From Bigelowiella natans CCMP2755 (lineage: Eukaryota; Protista; Cercozoa): a stretch of DNA of 64,000 nucleotides. Positions 39,240 through 51,810 of this stretch are shown here, one piece after another. The position numbers and the translations under genes were made by a program. Each line of letters opens with the position of its first letter. The stretch's first letter is position 1. The stretch covers positions 1-64,000 of the forward strand of contig ADNK01002342.1 in the NCBI GenBank assembly GCA_000320545.1, read 5' to 3'. The notes under the pieces were generated by a model, which searched no databases, was not told the origin of the DNA, and saw only the letters and a list, made by a program, of their open reading frames with translations.

Positions 39240-41656
39240 AAACATATAAGATCTACAGACCGCACGCATGCTCCGCTACGCACAAACGCATCCATATATG
39301 TTCTCCGTGCATGTAGACTACTTCATCCACACATTTCAGTAGTGCGTGTGCGTGTGTGTGCGTGTGTGTGCGTGTGCGTGCGCGCGCGCGCGTGTCTGGG
39401 GCGGAGGAGGGAGGAGTGTGTGTGTCCGAAGCAGCGAAAGCGGCACCCACCCGATGGTCCATTTTGGCATGAAGTAGAAGAGAAGGCCGCCGAAGCCGAT
39501 TCCGACGGAAACAGTAATTTGAGCCACCTTAAAAAACACAATTGTCACTAATATATTCATTTCGAGAATATATATGCGTGTATCTGTCTCTCATCCACGC
39601 ACATGACTAACATCACAAACGAAATTTGTTAAAAAACGACTCCGAGGTGCGTTGAATACGGTGGAGAATGCGGGGGGGGGAGGGGGGGGTGAAGGGGAGG
39701 TAGGGAGGCAAGGGGAGTACATAGATGCGCCCGTGGAAAGGGAATAAAGAGTTGAGAGAGTCTCCGACGTATCCTGATAAAAGATTGCCGAAGGCTGCAG
39801 CTATGAATCCTGCACCAGTGATCACGGCGGTCTGGAACGGAGAGAAGCCTGAGGAGATGATAGCGTACGGAAGGATGATAAGTCGAGCAGTAGCGAACAC
39901 ATGGTGGCGGTTTGGTTCATTTCAGAAAAGGAGCCGTGGCCTCTCAGTAGTACTCCCTCGGCTCAGGATCCTTTTTTTTCTCAATTCGTATAAATGTATA
40001 GATATATGAGGGAAAGGGGCTTCGTCGTCGTTGCGTACCTATCAGCTCCAGATACATGACCATGAACATACCGAAGGCCTGGTGTAAACATCAGCACTCA
40101 AGACGGTGTCAGCAACGCATTTGCTCCGTGGGCTAGGGCAAAGATGATCCGAGCTCCGTTGCAAGCACCAGAAATAATAAATACGTTTAAATCCGTCGTA
40201 ACGAAAAAAAATCCTATGGAGATCGGGGTAAGATGAAATGTTAAAGGAAGACTGCTATTCTGCATAACAACAACATCATCATCATCCTCGCTGACCCGCC
40301 ATGGCACATATCCGAACATGCCTTGAGTCACCAAGATCCAAAATGTCGTTAGCTTAAGAGGATTCTGATATGTACAAGACAAAGAAGGCATTGTTATACA
40401 CATACTCCATACACACACACACGTATATATATATATATATATATATATATACTTTTTATTTTATAAGTTTCTATTATACCTTTACGTTGCTTGCCGTTTG
40501 TACACTTCTTCCGGGTGAAGGCCTGTAATCTTGTGTATAGCACCTAATGATACGATGGCAGTTGTTGAAGAAGATATGGGTTAAGAGCTAGGTGTAGGAG
40601 CGATGACGACGTAAAGATACTGAAATTGTACATTAGTCCTCTCCATGAACATTCAATCCCCCCCCCACCCTGGTAAGTTGGTATGGCAAACGCTCTCCAT
40701 CCTGCTTCGTCATCTCTCTCCCCCTTCCCGAGACTGGGAAAAGTGTCAAATCTCACACGCAATTCAAAACGTACACAATCGGGGTGAAGATGAAGGATAC
40801 GATGGCGACGATCAGCAAGCAACACCTCCAACCTTTCAGACCTAAGGAGAACAAGAAGAAGCAGCTAAGGGCAAGGCATGCATGTTAGACATAGCAGTGC
40901 TTCTTAAGAACGACCGACTCGCATCACCTTCACCATCACCGCCACCACCACCATCACTATCATCATCATCATCATCATCAGTAAGAGTGTAGCAAGATAC
41001 CAAGCATTTCGCTATTGGAAAACGTCGTTGCGATGAACTGGCCACAGAACCCTCCTAGCATTCCGAACATCGATACTTGACCGAACACCCTTCCTCGGTG
41101 GCTCGGCGCTACGATGTCGGCAACAATACTCTACCAGACACAACAAAAATACGGAACGTTAGCAATCGATTTCTTTCATCAAACTGGGCTCCATCCCCAC
41201 GATTCGAAATCATCACATATCCGGGCAAGAGGGGTGGAGGCTGAGCTAAAAAGCTAAGGCAGCAGTATTCACCTGGATGAGAGGAGAAACCAGAGCCAGA
41301 AAGCACGCCGATACTGTGCGGAAGACCTACCACGACGAAGAAAAGTAATAAATACAGTATATGTTGTAAGACGTTTCATTGCGCCAGAGATGACTTGCCG
41401 TTCCCCCTCCCCTCTCTCCCTATTTGTCTGTGTGTAACCGCCCACCGTGAATTCAACAAAGGAGTTCGAAAGAGCACCGCCCAGAGTGAAGCATCCCCAC
41501 ATAGCGCATCCGATACCTAAATGAGAACAGTATCCACCGAGGGAGGGGTTACAAACAACAAACGTTTGCGACAGCGGGACGAATTCGTAGTCTTTCTTCG
41601 AAATGGTTTTGTGCTGTGAGACTTTCTTAAAGGGATGAGAGCAGGCATAAAAGCAC

Positions 41657-41706
<50 letters not shown>

Positions 41707-42219
41707 ACACACACAAAACATTACCCAATAGTAAAGTACGGCTGTATTTATCACCGAGCATTCCCCTGAATACAACATAAGAGATAAACGTACGTCAGCA
41801 GCTAGGTTGCACAAGCCGCTCAAACGTTATGAAGACGATGGCATCGCATGTACCAGAAGGGCGTTGCGATGGAAGTAACCACGCATTGAAGAAGGTACAC
41901 GAATCCGATGTCAGTTAAGGAGACATTGAAATCTTTGATCAGAGTGGGGAACATCGCTGAAGAAAAAGAATAACCGGTTCACTGTTGAGCTTTTCCCATC
42001 TTTGAAAAATAAAAATGGAAGTACGATATAACAAGTCCAAGCATGCTGCAATCGTTCGACATGGGTGCACTCCTCCCCCTTGTCCCCAATCAGTAGTAGC
42101 ATTTCGATTCTATCTTTGCAACCTGGAACCATGAAAAAATCTGCTCGCTCGAGTATCAGGCAGCATCCCAAGATTAGGAATAGCGGGACAGGAAGGGTCG
42201 TACGCGGAGATTCCTTCAT
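37181..42219 (-). CDS. Spinster-like Major Facilitator Superfamily transporter (many short exons)
   Basis: Spliced fragments include LILERADFFMVPG, HLGIGCAMWGCFTLGGALSNSF, TTFWILVTQGMFGYVPW, AAFGNLLSGYVGDSL..HGRIY, VAQITVSVGI, TNRPIIADIAPSFTRTSIYGYFAALESVPSSFAGFLVSYLAQDVFGY, ALFWITVVPWM and the terminal VESLLLVKGKRIL* (TGA at 37181-37183). These match the plant/protist spinster-like MFS pattern. Not every internal exon was resolved. Confidence 0.85.
38526..38577. repeat. Perfect 26-bp tandem duplication in an MFS intron
   Basis: CAATAACTCCGCAAGTTTCTTCAATA occurs twice, head to tail. Confidence 0.9.
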
Positions 42220-43020
42220 GTTGCTTGCAACGTCACTTTTGGGTCTCCGAGTGCCGGTCTGTAAGAATTAAGCCAAGGCTGGAAAAGAAGAGAGGGCGTG
42301 ATTCAACGTGCTCGAAGTACGAAAGCCATGCGTTCCTCCAACAAAACTGAACTTCGGGCGAATCATTCCTTGGAAATAAAATTGCAGAGCATGATGACCC
42401 TACGAGTGTATTTCCCAACGCTAAACAACTCCTCCCCCTCCCCCCCCCCGCTGCCCCCGACCAGTCAACGTTACATGTACGCTCGCTGAAGTCTTAATGG
42501 ATGTCCGTAGGCCTGCGAGACATGGGCGAAAATACGAGTTTTTACAGGTGATTTTATCGGTGCGACAACGATACTCTAACCTGCAATTTGCTGCAGAGAA
42601 TATCAAAATCAAGTAAATAACCAGGTATTAATACAACGTCGACATCTCGAGGAATCTCGAGAATCACGCTTGCGCTCTCTTTTACGTCAAAATGACGTGA
42701 TCGACCAGGGCGGAACAGTGAAAACACCGGCAATTTTGGTTGTTGATGGAGCTAATAGGCTTCGAGAGAACCCAAAACGGCATGCAAATTTTGTCGTAGA
42801 TGCGTTTTTAAGCGCTGCGACCTTCTGGAAATTTCTGCAAAATTTCCTCCAAGGAGTTTAAACTACGCGAACCTGGTGAAAAGGGTGGCTTTTGTTAAAA
42901 GAGACATCGCTATAATTAATAAATGCATGTGTCACCGCTGGTTGCCTCCTTTCCCAAGTCGCTCGATCCGCTATTTTCGACTGAGTCAGCAGGTCGTTCC
43001 GTCACATCCCAACTGACACG

Positions 43021-46000
43021 ATGATCAACACGGTAAGGGAAAACCAGTCACGAGCGAATTTCCTCTTGCTGCTGTCCATCTTGGTCTGCGCGCCCTCAGG
43101 GGCCTCCCTTGCGTCTGGGAGCTACGAGGATCGCTTCTACCAGGAACGGTTCAACGCGAGGCTGAGCGAGGCCCTCAAGAAAGTTCGCACCACACTCGAC
43201 ACGGAAAGGGATTTTGCAGCCATCGGAAGCGTAGCTCACAAGTATGATGACAAGTACCTGATGGCAGAATACGTCACGAATACGGCTCTACAGGCAAGTA
43301 CGAACATACTCCACCGCCTGGGGTTTTCTCAAGCACAGCTTGAGGCCCTGCGTGCAAAGTCCATAAAGGAAAACCGCTCCATTGTGCTGGAGATTCACAA
43401 AGAAGATACCTGTACTTTTTTACGTTCGCGAGAAGTTGAGACGGATGCGCCGACAAAGGTTGTGCACGAGTCTGGGATCTTCGGCTCCTACACGAAGGAG
43501 AAACGGGTCTCTCAGAAGTTCACGGAATACGTGTGGGAGCACGCGACAGCTGCGGCGCTTTCTCTACGATTAACCGGCGAAGAAAGTAAGGTATTCTCTC
43601 AGCTCAACGGAAGATACTCGACGGAAATAGCACGCAGGTCGAAAACCACGCCACTTCGAGAGCTCGACGTGGCCAGGATCCCAGAGCTGGATGTCACGTG
43701 GCTCGTGCGTAACCTTCAGCAGATCAAAATTGACCGTTCGGCGAAGGATTGTTTGACTCCTAGAAGGAACAAACAGATACAGGACGCTGTGAGACAGTTT
43801 GTAGAGCTAGGCAACTGGGCAGATCGGGTAAGGATTGAATCATAGTATCTATGTGGCTTTTTATAAAATGAGTTGCAACCGCAGTTAGAACTCACCGACA
43901 CAATGCCCAATTAATTGTGGGTTTGGGCTCTCCCTTTACAGTGCCTTATAATCTCATGCCTATTTCGCTCTAATCCTTCAAATTCTCTGCATGTATCGAT
44001 CATGTTGCTAATTGCGGCTGGTCTTCCAGGTTTCACACGAACTCGACAATGGCGTTTGGAAGTCCTATCTTGCTGCAGAGAGCCTGCCTGATATATTCCA
44101 ACCCGTTAGTCCCATCTTCGATGTGAAGGAAGGGAAGGTCATCTCGACCACGGACGCAGACATCCTCCTCAAGCAGCACGAGGAGTCATTGGAGCACTTC
44201 GTGGCGGACGTCGGGCGGCAGCTACCGGCCGCTGCTGAACAGCAAAAGCCCTCTCCCGATTTACTGTCAGTGATGCCCTTGATGAAACACTGGGCTCAGA
44301 CGCTGGAGAATCACCTTGACAGTGTCAACTATATCGAGCACCTGCTCAAGGAGCAGCTCAACAAGGCGATCGGGCGGACGCTGAGCGCGAAGGACTTCCG
44401 TGACTACATGATGTTCCACAACCAGAAGAAACTCTTCAAGAGCGAGTACCAGCCCCGGCCCTTCACGTTCGCGGTGCGGCGGGAGGCTCAGTACTCTCCA
44501 GAGGGCACTGTCGCGATCCATTATCCAGAAGATAACGAGCTCATCCACACCTCCGTCCGCGTCCGTGCCCCCTCTCCGGCGGCCAGTAATATGAGTTTCC
44601 CGCTCAGTGCTTCGACGAGCGTCAAGTTCCACGGCAAACACTTCATCCACAGCTTCCTGAATCATCAGCTGGGTTATGAGACAACCACCCGCCTGGAGCT
44701 AGCGGCGCGAGCCCGTCAGTTCTCGGGCTTCATCGTCGTGCTGGGGAAAATCAAGTCGGCGACCGAGCTCGACCCAAAGCAAGCAATCATCGTGCAAAAC
44801 AAGGACGATCTGAGGATACCGCTGGTGCTGGAGCAGATCCCGAGTCCCAAGGTATCGAAAGCGACGGATGTGATGATCATGCGTGAAGCATGCTCTTAGT
44901 GCGATATAGAAGTGAACGTTGGTCGCAGGCCGCCATCGTTTCTAATCATTCTTTGATTTTCCCAGGCGTTCCGTGACTTCATCTCGTCTCTGTCTCCCGA
45001 GCAGCAGCGGTTTGCACAGGCCTACCGCAACATGCAGCTCGAGGGTACCCTGTTTGGAATGGTAGTCATCCAAATCAAGCCGGCGTTGGAGAAGGTGAGC
45101 GAGAACAGCAACGACGACAACGACGACGATAGAATGATGACATAGCCAGGAAGGCTCTTCATCGACTCTTAATTAGGGATAGGGATTGACTGATAATAAT
45201 CGCCGATGATACTATCACTACCACGCAGCCTGTTCTTGATGGTTGTCACCCCCGTTCTGTCGTCGATTTAGGTCCTCAATCTCCCTCCAGGATCTCTCAC
45301 GAAGGAAATACAGCTGACGGAAGACCTCATGACGCTTTTCATCAAGTACCAGATTCCGACAGATCTCATCTCTTATAGAGGTCTCCTACTTCCTTGCCAC
45401 CCCCCCTGCCTCTCTGATGTGGAACTTCATTACGTTGAGCGCGTGATACTGACCTTTCACGCACGCACACACAAAACACACTAGATAGCCCCGTATTGTT
45501 GAAACTGCACGCGCGCACCTTCGCATGCTGCGACCCAGACGCACAGAATAACGGATATCATCATACAGGCGATGAAGTTGACTTGGGGGCGTCGCCATTA
45601 CCATCGAACACCAAAGATGAGGGCGCCAGGGCAGCTTCATCATCGTCCATGCATACGCGTGTGGAGCAGGTTCGGCAGCAGGCGAACACAATGATGCGGA
45701 TGCTCGAGTCCAAGAAGACTAAGCTCGTCGAAGAGTCGCAGAAAGCAGCGGAGTATGCAAAGAACCAGAAGGAGGCGATGATGCGGAGAAAGCTGAAGAA
45801 GGACAGCAGCCATGCTGAGCGTGCCACGTATAGCACCGCGTCGGTCACAGACTCTAAAAGATTCGTGCCGAGAATGGCCGCCATGAGCATCAACACCCCG
45901 ACCATCCACAGCAGCATTCCCCCCGAAGAGGTCGTAGCGCACGGCGCAGCTGCTGTTGGTGCGGCTTTGTCAGAAATGCTGCGAGGAGAGACAGAACCCC

Positions 46001-46769
46001 TTCTCTTGCTTGACATCGACGATGTGCTTCCTCGACAGGTCGATCAGGCCAGCGGAGCCGGCGGCGATGCGTCGCCCCAGGCGGAAATGGGTGAGCAGAG
46101 CGACAGCAAGGATGGTCGGGAGCCAGAGGCCGAGGTCACAACCTTCGAGGACCGTCCGGTGGGAGGCGAAGGCGATGTCGCGACCTCTGCTGCTGCCATG
46201 GAGGACTACACTCGCATTGCCATAGATCTAGATAGGGCGTTGGAAAAGCTCGATGTAGATGGAGCTGCGCGTCCCACGAAGGTGCTCCTGCTACGCAGCT
46301 TGTTCATGGCTGCATGCAATTGCAATCAAACATCGCTGATCTTAACAACTTTTGCCTCTTTTGTATTATCTAAACCTCTTAGATCACTGTGGAAAAGAAT
46401 GGATGGGTGAAGCGCTACCGCGAGTCCCTTCTCAGCAGATCTGAAAACATCAAGACCCTCCTTCAAGACGATGTGAAGAGGGAAACTGACCGCGCGTTTG
46501 ACCTCCTAGATGCTCTTTCTAGGTCTGGTGGCCTTGTCCTTGAAGGCGCAGAACTCCACGTTGTTGTTGCCGCCACGCACGCATTTGATAAGACTCTCGT
46601 CGACACTGTGGCCGTCGATAATGTCAACCCTATTGAGAAAGTGGAAAGGACCGCACTGATTATGGCAGCCCAAACGCACAAGATAAAGGAGATTAGCAGC
46701 ATGATTGACCAACAATTCTTGAAAAGGGTTGAGAGCACCTGTCCAGTGTTGTTCGAGAAGAAGAACTAG
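43021..46769 (+). CDS. Conserved uncharacterised protist/algal protein with N-terminal signal-like hydrophobic segment (6 exons)
   Basis: Exons are ~43021-43827, 44030-44851, 44966-45093, 45272-45379, ~45485-46281 and 46383-46769. Globular-looking blocks include [99 protein letters not shown] and [45 protein letters not shown]. No function is recognised. Confidence 0.85.
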
Positions 46770-47427
46770 AAGTGGTCGATGCAGAGAGCCATGCATTCGA
46801 CCCAGATTCAGATATGTACAATCCAATCAACAATGGCTACTTTTTTTTGTCTATTACCACATCATGCGCATAAGATGCAAGATAGAGAGGCAATTTCTAT
46901 GTGAATGTCACTACTACCACGGCACCCAGTCGCTCTTTGCTGACAAATGTAGTGTGAATAGCTTCATAGCAAAACATGAAATTATGGAAAACATGCCCTG
47001 CTCCATATTACCACGATAGTTACCTAACAAACATGCACGTACATGCATTTTTTTGGCGTACATAGCACGTGGCACCGCATCAGTTTGTTGAGCAGCCAAT
47101 GCACGAAACTCGTCAAAGAGTTGACAATTCATGCTGTCTAGCTGCGGCAGTAGTCCGGCACTAGACCATACTACTATAACTAGACCAACTAGCCATGCTG
47201 CGAGACTAGCTAGCTGGACACACTGTCACCTGGCAGCAGGCAAATGCGCAGGCTCTAGATGGCTTCGATGGCGCTGACAGCAACATCATTCTAGCATTGT
47301 TGGCCCGACATCATCATGTCAGTGTAATTGGGTGGTAGCGGCTAAGAGAGCTAGCATGTGCCCCCCTTCTAACCTTCTAGACTTGGAATGCATGGTGCGT
47401 AAATGTGAGCTCCGTGCTACTGTGCAT

Positions 47428-47646
47428 ATGAAACGGGTGTAATGATAAATGTTTAAATTTTTTCAATGGTCATCCTGATGTAGCTATGCAGAGCAGCGGC
47501 TACAGCCTAGCAGCGCTCAAGTTGTATCTGCATGTTTGTTTCTTGTGTCACGTGTTGCATGCATGCATGCATGTACATATACATGAGACGGATGTACATA
47601 TATATATATATGACCATTGAAAAAATTTAATTCTTCATCACATCCG

Positions 47647-47689
<43 letters not shown>

Positions 47690-47739
47690 GTCAGGATGAC
47701 CACTGAAAAAATTTAAACACTTCATTACATCCGTCTCAT
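47428..47739. mobile_element. Nested inverted-repeat element, MITE-like
   Basis: The ~50-bp arm at 47428-47478 (ATGAAACGGGTGTAATGATAAATGTTTAAATTTTTTTCAATGGTCATCCTGA) is the imperfect reverse complement of 47691-47739 (TCAGGATGACCACTGAAAAAATTTAAACACTTCATTACATCCGTCTCAT). A third copy lies at 47611-47652 and a 13-bp inverted end at 47583-47595. TA dinucleotides sit at the outer ends and (TA)n lies inside. There is no coding capacity. Confidence 0.6.
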
Positions 47740-48026
47740 ATTATATATGTACATTTATTGGCATGTAAGCTCTCTAGACTAAGCAGCTAGGACATGATGC
47801 ACATCACACCACATGCACAGCAGACGCACTCTACAATGCACCGCAAATATACGTACACGTGCTTTACACATTGCATGCATGTTCTATATCTCTCACAAGA
47901 TCAAGCGCACGAAAGTTAGGGACAAACGATACACATAAACAGTCGCTCAGATGTACAGGCCGCACAGCTACCGCGCCTTCTGGCCACCTCTCTCTAGAAT
48001 CTACTTACTGTACCAAATTTGCGGGC

Positions 48027-48068
<42 letters not shown>

Positions 48069-48118
48069 GAGAGATTGTGGATCTTCAATCTCTTAAGAAG
48101 CGTGCTTGTACCCATCAC

Positions 48119-51047
48119 TCACAGAACGGAGGCGACCAGCCGTGCGATTCGCCTCACAATGAGTGACTGGAAGAGGCTCCCATCTTCAGCACAGACGCGT
48201 ACTGGCTCGGCATTTTCACAGAGGTCCATCACTTCCTGGGTCAAAGTACTCCGAAGAGCGGGATTTGCAGTAAGTATGAACGCCTAAGTCGTAGCGGCCA
48301 AGTGGTCTCGTCATATAAGCATGGAACGATGGGAAAGGAGGGAGGGAGGGGGGAGGGAGGCAAGAATACAATAGGCGTATATCCACTCTCCGAACCCCCC
48401 CCCTTTCCCCATCTCTCACCTGTACTTCCAAGTCCCTATGTACTGATCTGAAATTGTAGTTGGAGCTCCCGGCGGTGGTGAGGAAGGGCCGCATGCTTTC
48501 GCCCCTGAACGAGGACGAAGACGACGGGAGGCCGGACGCTGGAGACGACGGCGACGATGATGATGACGATGAGGAGGAAGAGGAGGAGAAGGAGGAGGAG
48601 GGGGAGTTCTCCCCAATCCATAACCCTTTGGAATGGAAGCTCCAATTCACAGCGTCTTCTGCTTGTCCCTTCTCCTCCAAGCGACTCCATTCGAGGACAG
48701 ACAGCGTCGCGATATCGTGCGCAGCCTTGTCTCCCCCCCCATCCCTTGCTATCTCTGCTCTCCTTTCCTTTGCCTCCTCGGCGATTTCCAGCATCCTAGA
48801 GCGGTAGAGAGAAGGTACCTGGAAAGGACAATACCCACGTATCAGCAACTGCTCTACAGCGCCCTATAGACAAGATACATACATGTCGCGTGACGAGCCC
48901 AGAAGCGCCGTACCAGCCGTTCGCATTCAGGGCTCCGCCGAGAAAAGCACCTGTAGAAGGGAGGTGGGGAGGGGGGGGAGGGGGGGGAGGGAGGGAGGGG
49001 CAAGGATCAGCCTAAGATGTGGTATATATAATGGCGGGGGATAATGAAGTCGACGATCAAAGCACTTTTTACATTGCGGTGTAGCTCCTTCATCCATATG
49101 TGAATAATAAACCCCCGCCCCCCCCCCCGCCCCTCCCCTCTCTTACGTCATGACCGTTCGGTCCCCACTTGAGCATTGCTTCCACGATGTTCCTTGTCGG
49201 GTTTAAGTAGCCCGCAGCTAGGAGGGCAGCTCGAGGAGTGGAGGTAGTGCTGCTGGAGGGGGACTGTAGAGACAGCACATCGACCACGGCTTCCGAGTCC
49301 AGATGTAGCCCACACCATCCGTACTCTATGCTGGGGAATATGTGCGCGTATTCATGATCGTCATCGGTCCAGCCCAGCGGAGAATCATCCTCGCCGCCAT
49401 TGTTATCACCCTCATTCCGATGAGTGGCAGCACCAGGAGAAAACAACTGGCAAAGCTCATCACGTAGCAGCGAGAGTCGGTTCTCAGACAGAGAGTAGTC
49501 CTGTAGCTGTGGGGGGGGGGAGCATGACGACGAGGGCGTGAGCGCTTCAGCGGCGTCTTCGCGTCCTTTTGTAGTCGTCCGTTTGCCACAGCTATCGTCA
49601 TCGATGCTGGCTTCGATCCTCGGGGATGCTGAGCACAAGCAGCGCACCTTTGTACCGCATATTACATCTCTGAATTAATGAAGATAAAACTCTCTCTCTC
49701 TCTACATCTAATAATTTTCCATATACACACACACATATATATATATATAAATATATATATATAATTCTAATTTCTTAAATCTCTATCCTTCTCCTACATC
49801 CTTATTTCTCTCTTGGCGTCCAACGTCAACGCATCTGAATCGCTTTTCCTCACCACTTGGCTGTAGAAATCGGTGAGCTTACGATCGCGGACCCTTACGT
49901 ACCGGTCTTGCCTGCAATGGACGTGGGAGACGACATCGCGCGAGGAGCAACGATACACGAGTGATGAATTCGATGAATATCAACCGTTTATGAGAGTTCT
50001 AAGAAAACTTTTGGGGCGGAAGACGACGATGATGGTGATATTTAACGTCCTGGATTAGAAGAAGAGCTCGACAGAGAAGTGTACGTTCACCCCCTCTGCC
50101 CATCCCCCCCCCTCTCCTTTTATGCATATATTTTTGTTCACCCGCTCCTCGAACGAAAAGGTTGCAATTGTGCGTATACTAAGCACATGCGCGCGCGCGC
50201 GCGCAGATCGCACCAAAACACACCTACCTCGTCGTGAAATAGACATCGCTGAGATTGGCGCCGCTCAGGATCACCGAGTTGTCGAATATGTACAGCTTGG
50301 CGTGGTAGACAGAGCGCAGTTCGTTGAGTCGGGAGGACGAGGATGAGCCTAACTTCTCAACGATCCTGAGTGTTATTGATGGTGGGGGATGAGGCAGTAC
50401 TCGTGCTGTTTCTATGCCACTCTTTCGTCACAGAAACAGAGCGGTTTTACCATCGAGGGGGGGCGAGAGACGGGTACGGAGGTGCTGGAAAGAGGAAACA
50501 CGACACCCGTTCCACACCGAACTCGGATACGAGGGCCTTTTGGATTAGTTGCAAGCATGTAGCACGACAGCGGAGCCATGAGTTATATCAGACCGCCAGC
50601 GCGCGGCAGCTCGAATGCGACGCACAAGTTCTCGAGTGGCTTTCGGTCGGAGAATACCTTCAACTGCGAATAATTTCCATCGTGAGCTCTGGCTGGGACA
50701 GAACGAGGCCTTCCCTCCCCTTTATCAGCAGCAGCCGCGGCAGGGACAGGAGAAGCAGCGGCAGCCCTTGACGGACCTCGAAGCGTCCGGTGTGCATCGA
50801 CGAGAAGAGTGACCGTCAGCTTTGGCTTCAGACTGAGCGCTTCCCGCAGGTCTTGAATGAGTCGCTGTTTTGACAGCGACAATATGACAAAAACACAATG
50901 CATGCCACCGTAAGCTGTGACCGGTCATGAATCATACATCTGCAACAGTTCTGCCGACGGAAAGGCACATAACTCAACGACCTGGGCCTTATCGTCGGTC
51001 CCCAAGTACAACGTGCTTATCAGCACCCTACGGGACGGGCCAAAAAA

Positions 51048-51108
<61 letters not shown>

Positions 51109-51456
51109 AGAAAAGGTGGGCAGGAATGAGTAAAGCTGGTTGAGCTGATGGCCCCTTTCTTTCCTCTTCTGGTCGAAAGTTAACGCTGACATCGAGCTAT
51201 AACATTCAGGCACACTCGTGGACGACCGTTCCTCAGCGCTCTGAATCCCATCACGCATCGCCTGGAAGAAATTACTTGGCGTCCGCAAGGACTCGATGCC
51301 CTCCGCCTTGACCGTGAATTTCGGAAGCCGCTCGGACAGCAGCCTTGCGTAATCGTCGATGCCTGCTGCATCTCGTACTGTGTGCAGAGCCCGCAGAGCA
51401 CGCACAGTCCGCGGTGTCCGCTTGCACCGCTTGAACAAGAGGCTGTAGCTTCTCAT
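48119..51456 (-). CDS. PGS1: Mitochondrial phosphatidylglycerophosphate synthase (CDP-DAG:glycerol-3-phosphate phosphatidyltransferase, PLD-type)
   Basis: Arg-rich presequence, then LRTPSNFF, VLISTLYLGT, VTLLVDAHRTLRG, VYHAKLYIFDNSVILSGANLSDVYFTTR|QDRYV, AAGYLNPT, WSFHSKGLW and GSSNYNFRSVHRDLE. The last exon ends ..IVRRIARLVASVL* at 48119. It has the two HxK-type motifs typical of PGS1. Confidence 0.92.
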
Positions 51457-51810
51457 AGGAGGGGGTGCCTCGTTCCGCCGCCTTCACACCCGCAGCGCTC
51501 CCATCAGCGCAGCGCACAGGATGGATGCACGAGGGGGGCTCGTCACGTCGCGGAATCAGAAGAAAAACATACTTCAAAAATGCCGGGAAACACCCGGTTT
51601 TTACCCTGCGACAATGTCCACACAACCCGAAAAACAGCCTGCGACAGGCGGGAGGTCATTGAGGTCTGTGCTCCCAGGAAACTTCCGACAGGCAAATGAT
51701 CCACGAACGTGCAAATAGTGAGTGAATATCCATCGAGTAAACTTCGTATATTTTATTTCTAAAATTCTACGCGTAGGCGCGTGTACGGAAAATAACACAT
51801 TGAATCCGGA

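Noticed and set aside
47583-47739. CRISPR-like reading of the repeated ~45-bp unit
   Set aside because: Only three copies, in mixed orientation, with (TA)n spacers, in a eukaryotic context and without cas genes.
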